The position numbers and the translations under genes were made by a program. Below, piece by piece: positions 58,484-64,000 of a stretch of DNA of 64,000 bases. Position 1 is the first letter of the stretch, and each line of letters starts with the position of its first letter. The notes beneath the pieces were generated by a model. The model searched no databases. It saw only the letters and a list, made by a program, of their open reading frames with translations, and was not told where the DNA came from. This DNA comes from an uncultured Bacteroidia bacterium (lineage in GTDB: Bacteria > Bacteroidota > Bacteroidia > Bacteroidales > Prolixibacteraceae), in contig CAIXCY010000082.1 in the NCBI GenBank assembly GCA_903918045.1, forward strand, positions 63,730-127,729, written 5' to 3'.

Positions 58484-58511
58484 GTAGAGACGTAAGATCT
58501 TACGTCTCTAC
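58484..58511. terminator. 28-bp perfect palindrome between convergent mobA and the crp/fnr-family gene
   Basis: gtagagacgtaaga|tcttacgtctctac, checked base by base. Confidence 0.7.
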
Positions 58512-58519
58512 GCTACACC

Positions 58520-59227
58520 CTATCCAAATTCACTGATCCGCTCCAGACGTCCAATATCCAGCAGATGAATTTGTTTGCTGTGCATATCAATCAATCCGTC
58601 ATCCTTAAATTCCTTCATAATCCGAATCACACTTTCGGTCGACATTCCGGTCAGATCACCCAGATCGGCTCGCGAAAGGGGAAGATCAAATGAATCGCTA
58701 AGGAAGATCCTGTGCGAAAGACAGAGGAGAATATCTGCCAGTCTTCCGTGTAACTGTTTCTGAGTCAGTGAGAAAAACCGACCATAGATCTGCGAGGTAC
58801 TTTCGTTTAGAAGACTGATAACATGATATGAAAATGCGGAATTCTGCATTAATAACTGCTTAAATATCTGAATATCTATCATCCTGATCCTCGAATCAGT
58901 ATAGGTTGCAATAGAGTAAGGCAACTTATCGTTCCCGTCAAAAATTGCAGATAGACCAAGTAGATTATTCTTTTTTGAGAGGGTGATAATCAGATTTTTA
59001 GTTTTCTCCTCAAGGTAAACTTTCACAAGCCCCTCCTCCAGGAAAAAGATGTGCGATGCAAATGCTCCTCGTTTGCAAACAGTTTCTCCTTTATTAAAAT
59101 CGATACTTACCGAATTGGAATCAATCATCAATTTCTCCTCGGCAGATAAAATCTCGTACCAGCTTTCAGCAAAATCGAAGGCTGAGCAACGACTAATTCC
59201 AATACTTGTTTCATCAGACTGATTCAT
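58520..59227 (-). CDS. Crp/Fnr-family transcriptional regulator
   Basis: cNMP-binding-like N-domain and a C-terminal HTH 'RADLGDLTGMSTESVIRIMKEF'. The classical FNR N-terminal Cys cluster is absent. Confidence 0.8.
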   Translation of the reverse strand: MNQSDETSIGISRCSAFDFAESWYEILSAEEKLMIDSNSVSIDFNKGETVCKRGAFASHIFFLEEGLVKVYLEEKTKNLIITLSKKNNLLGLSAIFDGNDKLPYSIATYTDSRIRMIDIQIFKQLLMQNSAFSYHVISLLNESTSQIYGRFFSLTQKQLHGRLADILLCLSHRIFLSDSFDLPLSRADLGDLTGMSTESVIRIMKEFKDDGLIDMHSKQIHLLDIGRLERISEFG

Positions 59228-59618
59228 AACGGGTTTTATTACTTAATCAGTCACAAAAATAGTTGATTAATGCCATTTATTTATATGAGATTTGAAAGGT
59301 TTTTTAATATAACCTGGTAATATTTTGCCATTTATTTAGCCTTATTTTTCAAACCCAGCGGGTTTGTAGGTTTATAGAAATTTGATCAATCCTGGAAATG
59401 TATGACTCCAGCAGTCATACATAATTTTATTTATTTCTTCTCTATAATCATACGACCTCTCTGAGGTCATTAACATCAACATAATTATCTTTATAAGATT
59501 ATGTGTTTTGAAGTTGGGTCAAACAACTTCCGATTATTTAGATGTAAAAGAAGATTGTTCATAACTTCATTCCTGGAGGATATTAAACCAGAACCTTCTG
59601 TAGCATATTAGAAATTGA

Positions 59619-62321
59619 TTACCAGTCTGGCATAATACATTCTCTTTTTCGCTGCAAACGGATTTTTGAATAATCCTCCAGCGCCCCTTCCATAACTTTG
59701 GATTTTACGTCATGACAGGTGAGACAACTCCCAACTTCCAGAATGTGCTGCTGCTCTTTGACAGTAAAAGGCCTCAGCCAGCTCCGGGTTGAATTGGGAA
59801 GCCTTCCCTCCTTCAAAAATCCAACCCAGGCATCTTCAGGAAGTGAATCGTGTTCATTCCTTGCGAATTTCGGCTCAAAGACCCATTTACCGGCAGATCC
59901 TGAGATTCTATAAATTAATACCCCATCTCCATATCCAAGAGCTAACGGATTATTATGACACGACTTGCAGCCGCGCCCCTCACGAACAGTGGTGTGCCCT
60001 GATGCCGGGGCATACAACCGGTGAAATTTGGTACCCTCACCTTTTCCAAAGGATTCCTTTTCAATAGTCATAACCATGCCGGGCATTGCTGTTACAATTT
60101 TACCCGGGATCTTATCACTTACCCCCAGAACAGGCGCCCGGGCAAATCCTATCCCTGCATATTCAACCCACGTTCCGGTCACCTGTTTATTAGTCAACAG
60201 ATCATATCCTTTGGTATCTTTTTCAAAAGCATTATGACAGCCGATACACTGCGGAACCCATGAGGTATGGCACGATTCGCAGCTTAACCTGTTGTGCCCT
60301 TTTCCTTTGGTGCAAATCGGGGAAGGTGGTTTTGACAGGTGATTTTTACCAGTGAGTTTACCTGTAAGCCAAATACGCTCTGATGAATCAACCCGGGTAT
60401 TCATCAGCGGATACTCCCCTTTTGCTGTTACAACTAGGCTGTTTTTCGGATCAATCTTTCGTAACCATGCGACCATTTGCGATTCCCTGTCCGACAGCCT
60501 AGCAACCAGAACCGACTTGGGATTTCCTGCCAAATGACAATCCATACACTGCACCTTCACACCATCCTCCTTGTGAACCTGGTGCTTCCCGTCACCCATT
60601 ATTTCATACGAACCATGGCAATCGATACAAGCCATCCCTTTCTGATGGTGAATATCTGACTGAACATATTCCACAACCCTTTCGTCGGGCAAAACCTTTT
60701 GGTGAACCGAATCGGTGACCGCTGAAGCTTTTAGGGTCGTTTCATTCCACCCTTCATAATTGAGCGAAATCCTTCCAGAACGGCTGTGACAACTCTTGCA
60801 GCGGTCGTTTGAAACCTGAATATCGATCGATGGATGCACCCCGAAACCTGAGGCCGGAAGCTTTGACTGCATCCGCTTCATACTTTTCAAAGCCTCATCG
60901 TTGTAATGAAGGTGGCAGGCGTTACACCCCCCTCCGCGTTCGAGCCACGCAGAATTTCCTGTTGTTAGCTTATCATTTCCAAGGTGGCAGCTGGCACAAA
61001 GGTTACGCAGATGAGTGTCGGCCGCTGAATGACCCAGATTTTTAACCTGAAAGGTGTCATTCAACGATGGAGTTTCGCCAAACACGAATTTATCAACACC
61101 TATAATTCCGCTCTGGGTTGTCATCAGGGAGTTCAACATCCGTCCGGCCATATCGGGATGGCAGTTTTGAGTCCCGCAGGTTTGCCTGACATTCGAAAAA
61201 TTACCGGGTATTTTGATCATATTGCGATGTGCCGAAACCTTATCCGAAGTAAACGGATCACCTTTATGACAGGCAAAACACCCTATAGTCGCAGGTTTAT
61301 GTGATTCAGACAAACCTGTCGTTGTACCATGGCACACCAGGCAACCCTCCTTTTTTTGATTCTCCGGAGTAAATACGATGCTATCGGAGTTAAATAAATT
61401 AACCGGATTAAAAATAACGAGCTTCTCATCCGATTTCCGAAAATCGTTCCACCCTTGCCATTGCCAGTTTTCACCACGAAAAAGAAGCGCACAAAAGGTA
61501 ATTGACAGGTAAAGTATACCCCCGACAAAGAGAAACCATTTAATGATCCGACGAATTCTTTGCGACATCCGGGGAATAAGGTAAAACACAGAAAAAACAA
61601 CTCCTATAAGGGAAATAACATAGGAGGGATGACTTGAAAGATGAAGTATTTCCTGGATACCGATAAAAAACCAGGGACCTTTTATCTGACTGCTCTCTAC
61701 CATACCTAACGGAGCTCGGAATAACAGACTGATCAGGAGAAGGAGTACAAATATCAGTGCAAAGCTGCGAGGTTTAGGCCAAATTCTTTTAACATGCTCG
61801 TAAACCCCAATAAATAGAATAATCGTCCCAGTGGCTACATGCTGAATATAAATGATCTGCCAGTTTTCTTCAGATCCTGTTAATGCAGAACTCAACATAT
61901 TACCGGCAAGCGGGATATTTCGGAGCAATGAGGCAATAATCCGCCTGGCCTGAATGCCACCTGCATCCCCCTTAAGGATAAAACCTGAAATCATTTCATA
62001 ACCCAACGTAGCTAAAACAATACACAAAATCAGCCATGTCCGGCTGTTTCGAATGTTGGTCTCAGTCGATTTATTAAGATGATCGTAAATATGAAAAATG
62101 GTAAATATAAAGAAGACCTGTGCGCTCCAATAATGGAGATTCCTTACAAGAGTAGCGGAAGGATTGAAAAGAAGAATTCCTGTGACAGACTCGAATGAAT
62201 GGGTGAAATCGTAAGGGATCGCCAGTAAAATTCCACTTAAGACGCAAATCAATAAACCGGATATGGCAATCCATCCGGCAGTATCAAATTGGATCAGTTT
62301 TTTAATTTTATTTATATCCAT
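59619..62321 (-). CDS. Fusion protein: cytochrome b6-like + subunit-IV-like membrane domain + multihaem (about 12 haem) cytochrome c domain
   Basis: H63-x13-H77 and H161-x14-H176 in predicted TM helices 2 and 4 (b6-type spacing). 'GPWFF' sits where PEWY does in subunit IV. Seven predicted TM helices. Then 11 CxxCH motifs (CLVCH, CFACH, CASCH, CNACH, CKSCH, CIDCH, CMDCH, CESCH, CIGCH, CKSCH, CLTCH) plus one Cx4CH (CGTQNCH). Confidence 0.8.
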   Translation of the reverse strand: MDINKIKKLIQFDTAGWIAISGLLICVLSGILLAIPYDFTHSFESVTGILLFNPSATLVRNLHYWSAQVFFIFTIFHIYDHLNKSTETNIRNSRTWLILCIVLATLGYEMISGFILKGDAGGIQARRIIASLLRNIPLAGNMLSSALTGSEENWQIIYIQHVATGTIILFIGVYEHVKRIWPKPRSFALIFVLLLLISLLFRAPLGMVESSQIKGPWFFIGIQEILHLSSHPSYVISLIGVVFSVFYLIPRMSQRIRRIIKWFLFVGGILYLSITFCALLFRGENWQWQGWNDFRKSDEKLVIFNPVNLFNSDSIVFTPENQKKEGCLVCHGTTTGLSESHKPATIGCFACHKGDPFTSDKVSAHRNMIKIPGNFSNVRQTCGTQNCHPDMAGRMLNSLMTTQSGIIGVDKFVFGETPSLNDTFQVKNLGHSAADTHLRNLCASCHLGNDKLTTGNSAWLERGGGCNACHLHYNDEALKSMKRMQSKLPASGFGVHPSIDIQVSNDRCKSCHSRSGRISLNYEGWNETTLKASAVTDSVHQKVLPDERVVEYVQSDIHHQKGMACIDCHGSYEIMGDGKHQVHKEDGVKVQCMDCHLAGNPKSVLVARLSDRESQMVAWLRKIDPKNSLVVTAKGEYPLMNTRVDSSERIWLTGKLTGKNHLSKPPSPICTKGKGHNRLSCESCHTSWVPQCIGCHNAFEKDTKGYDLLTNKQVTGTWVEYAGIGFARAPVLGVSDKIPGKIVTAMPGMVMTIEKESFGKGEGTKFHRLYAPASGHTTVREGRGCKSCHNNPLALGYGDGVLIYRISGSAGKWVFEPKFARNEHDSLPEDAWVGFLKEGRLPNSTRSWLRPFTVKEQQHILEVGSCLTCHDVKSKVMEGALEDYSKIRLQRKRECIMPDW

Positions 62322-62333
62322 CGTACTCCGGAT

Positions 62334-62753
62334 TTAGGAAGGATCCCTATGAAATTTCACGATCCATTGCCCCGATTGTTTATTAAAACTGCAATCAAAC
62401 TCCTGAAGCGGTTTGATTGCAGGCCCTTTTAGCGGTTTACCACTTGCACCGTCAAATTGAGAACCGTGACAGTTACATTGGAGGATGGCTTCACTCCCCT
62501 TCCCTATCCGGCAACCCGCGTGTGTACAGGTGGTTGAAAATGCCCGGGTTGAATTTTCAGAGTGAAAGATATAATACTTTCCAAAATAACTAACTCCTAA
62601 AGGTATGTCCTCCCCGTGAACAAATTCGATCTTATTTTCAAGTTCGGTTTGAAACCTGGTAAGTCGGTACCAAATCCACAGACTAATTCCCAAAATCAGA
62701 CGAACTGTCCATCGAATAAATATTTTCCGGGATATCTGCTTTTGTATTTTCAT
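62334..62753 (-). CDS. Rieske [2Fe-2S] protein, bc-type
   Basis: 'CTHAGC' and 'CNCHGS' boxes, including the two extra Cys typical of bc1/b6f Rieske proteins. One N-terminal TM helix. It ends 12 nt upstream of the cyt b fusion gene. The ATG at 62753 is preferred over the TTG at 62777. Confidence 0.8.
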   Translation of the reverse strand: MKIQKQISRKIFIRWTVRLILGISLWIWYRLTRFQTELENKIEFVHGEDIPLGVSYFGKYYIFHSENSTRAFSTTCTHAGCRIGKGSEAILQCNCHGSQFDGASGKPLKGPAIKPLQEFDCSFNKQSGQWIVKFHRDPS

Positions 62754-62845
62754 AGGATGCAACCTTAAAGCACCCAAAGCTACAACAATTTATTTCTGCT
62801 CATGAATTGCCCGAAATATCAAAACATGCTTTACGTCAGTTTTTT

Positions 62846-62863
62846 TTATGATTCATATCATAA
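62846..62863. promoter_or_regulatory. Crp/Fnr-like palindromic box in the divergent promoter region
   Basis: TTATGAT-tcat-ATCATAA, perfect 7-bp arms with a 4-bp spacer. The core TGAT-N4-ATCA matches the FNR consensus TTGAT-N4-ATCAA. About 90-100 nt upstream of the Rieske start. Confidence 0.35.
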
Positions 62864-63171
62864 GGTATAGTGAGAATATCAATAAAACAGTATTTAATTG
62901 ATATTCAATTATTTAAGCATTGCAAACTAACAAATAATTATTATAAATAATAACCTATATAATTCTGTTTATCAATTAATTAAACCAATATTTTATTTTT
63001 CGCATCTAAATCAACAAAAATCAAGATATTGATTTTCAATAACTTGCACACACGGGAGTCAGGAATACCAATTTGTATATCAAAAACCAATAAAATACTT
63101 TTGGTTTTAATAATGAGCGCAGGCAAAAAATGCGCTTTTAAACTGACATTAAAACCCTAAATATCAGCACA

Positions 63172-64000
63172 ATGCGTACAAGGAGGGATTTTATTAAAAT
63201 TTGTTCGGTAGGATTAGGAGCCACTGCCTTAACCGGAAGCGCAGTTAATTGGGTGGTAGGAGCCTCCACACCAAAGGGGAGTTTAAAAGATTTTAGAGGA
63301 GTGCGAAGGGTGCCCACTTATTGTGAGGTTTGTTTCTGGAAATGTGCCGGATGGTCGTATGTTACAGAAGACGGTCAGATCCAAAAAATAATCGGCAATA
63401 CTGATGACCCGCAATGTAAAGGTCGTCTCTGTCCACGTGGCACGGGTGGTGTCGGGATGTTCTCAGATCCCGATCGACTAAAAACACCCTTGATCCGTGA
63501 GACAAAAAACGGGGAACAAACCTATCGTGAAGCAACGTGGGATGAAGCTCTCGACTACATTGCCACAAAAATGAAGGCAATTGCTGAAAAACACGGTCCT
63601 GAAAGTATGGCTTTGTTCAATCACGGCAGTTCCGGAAAGTATTTTACCCATCTGCTTAACGCCTTTGGCTCAAATAATGTTGCAGCCCCCTCGTTTGCAC
63701 AATGCCGCGGTCCACGCGATACCGGTTTTGAACTCACGTTCGGAGAATCTGTGAGTAGTCCCGAAGTGACCGATATCCGCGATACCCGATGTCTGATACT
63801 GATTGGATCACATATCGGTGAGAACATGCATAACGGGCAGGTTCAGGAGATGTCGGAGGCTATTGACCGCGGTGCAGTAATCATCACCGTTGATCCGCGT
63901 TTGTCGACCGCAGCAAGCAAATCTAAATATTGGTTGCCAATAAAACCATCAACAGACCTTGCCCTTTTACTTGCCTGGATTCATGTCCTTATCTATGATG
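63172..64000 (+). CDS. Tat-exported molybdopterin oxidoreductase catalytic subunit (DMSO reductase family; Psr/Phs/Ttr/Arr-like), 3' end outside the window
   Basis: My own translation: MRTRRDFIKICSVGLGATALTGSAVNWVVGAS... (twin-arginine RRDFIK), [4Fe-4S] motif 'CEVCFWKCAGW...CKGRLCPRG', then 'LILIGSHIGENMH' and 'ITVDPRLS'. The frame is open to base 64000. It is not in the ORF track because no stop is reached. Confidence 0.8.
   Translation, partial: MRTRRDFIKICSVGLGATALTGSAVNWVVGASTPKGSLKDFRGVRRVPTYCEVCFWKCAGWSYVTEDGQIQKIIGNTDDPQCKGRLCPRGTGGVGMFSDPDRLKTPLIRETKNGEQTYREATWDEALDYIATKMKAIAEKHGPESMALFNHGSSGKYFTHLLNAFGSNNVAAPSFAQCRGPRDTGFELTFGESVSSPEVTDIRDTRCLILIGSHIGENMHNGQVQEMSEAIDRGAVIITVDPRLSTAASKSKYWLPIKPSTDLALLLAWIHVLIYD

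Noticed and set aside
62880-63060. Additional short inverted repeats (AATTGA-tat-TCAATT, ATTGA-ttt-TCAAT) in the divergent promoter region
   Set aside because: The spacing (3 nt) does not fit Crp/Fnr geometry, and such AT-only palindromes are expected by chance in sequence this AT-rich.
1-64000. CRISPR arrays, IS elements, integrases, prophage or known defence-system genes
   Set aside because: I saw no regularly spaced direct repeats, transposase or integrase motifs, or nuclease/helicase/methylase clusters in any frame of the ORF track or in the intergenic DNA.

Overview
The window looks like a chromosomal segment from a Bacteroidota-type genome. This rests on a SusC/SusD pair, TonB-dependent receptors ending in a terminal Phe, lipoprotein signal peptides, and the gene order parA-parB-DUF5683-LysM transglycosylase. 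I saw no transposase, integrase, CRISPR array or recognisable defence gene.

Content from left to right:
(1) A GH9-like gene, a ThuA-like gene and the remnant of a mannose-family PTS (EIIA, EIIB, half an EIIC). The PTS is cut off by a small opposite-strand block (DUF805, DUF1566, GNAT).
(2) A 2-aminoethylphosphonate catabolic cluster with two phosphonatase-type HAD enzymes, two PLP enzymes and a 12-TM membrane protein.
(3) A SusC/SusD locus, then a TonB-receptor / beta-helix lipoprotein / metallophosphoesterase locus. Both are preceded by 11-bp phased TGTAAT-like repeat arrays that resemble Pho boxes.
(4) A housekeeping stretch: priA, parAB, lytic transglycosylase, PNP, lpxK, sppA, folK, upp, radC, rpsT, tRNA-Glu(UUC), methylmalonyl-CoA mutase mutAB, MATE, acs, prfB with its +1 frameshift, and recX.
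(5) A bactofilin gene followed by an actin-fold (ParM/Alp-like) gene whose phosphate-1 hairpin sits at the C terminus. This looks like a circular permutation.
(6) A candidate Moco riboswitch in front of a TauE/SafE-family permease and a Moco biosynthesis operon (mobB, moeA, moaA, moaC, MOSC-mogA fusion, mobA).
(7) A Crp/Fnr regulator, then a Rieske protein plus a 900-aa fusion of cytochrome b6, subunit IV and a roughly 12-haem cytochrome c. This operon is divergent from a Tat-exported molybdopterin oxidoreductase that runs off the window.

The strongest candidates for something undescribed are the permuted actin/bactofilin pair and the Rieske/cyt b-multihaem module next to the Mo enzyme. All calls come from reading the translations and the DNA by eye. 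No database search was run.
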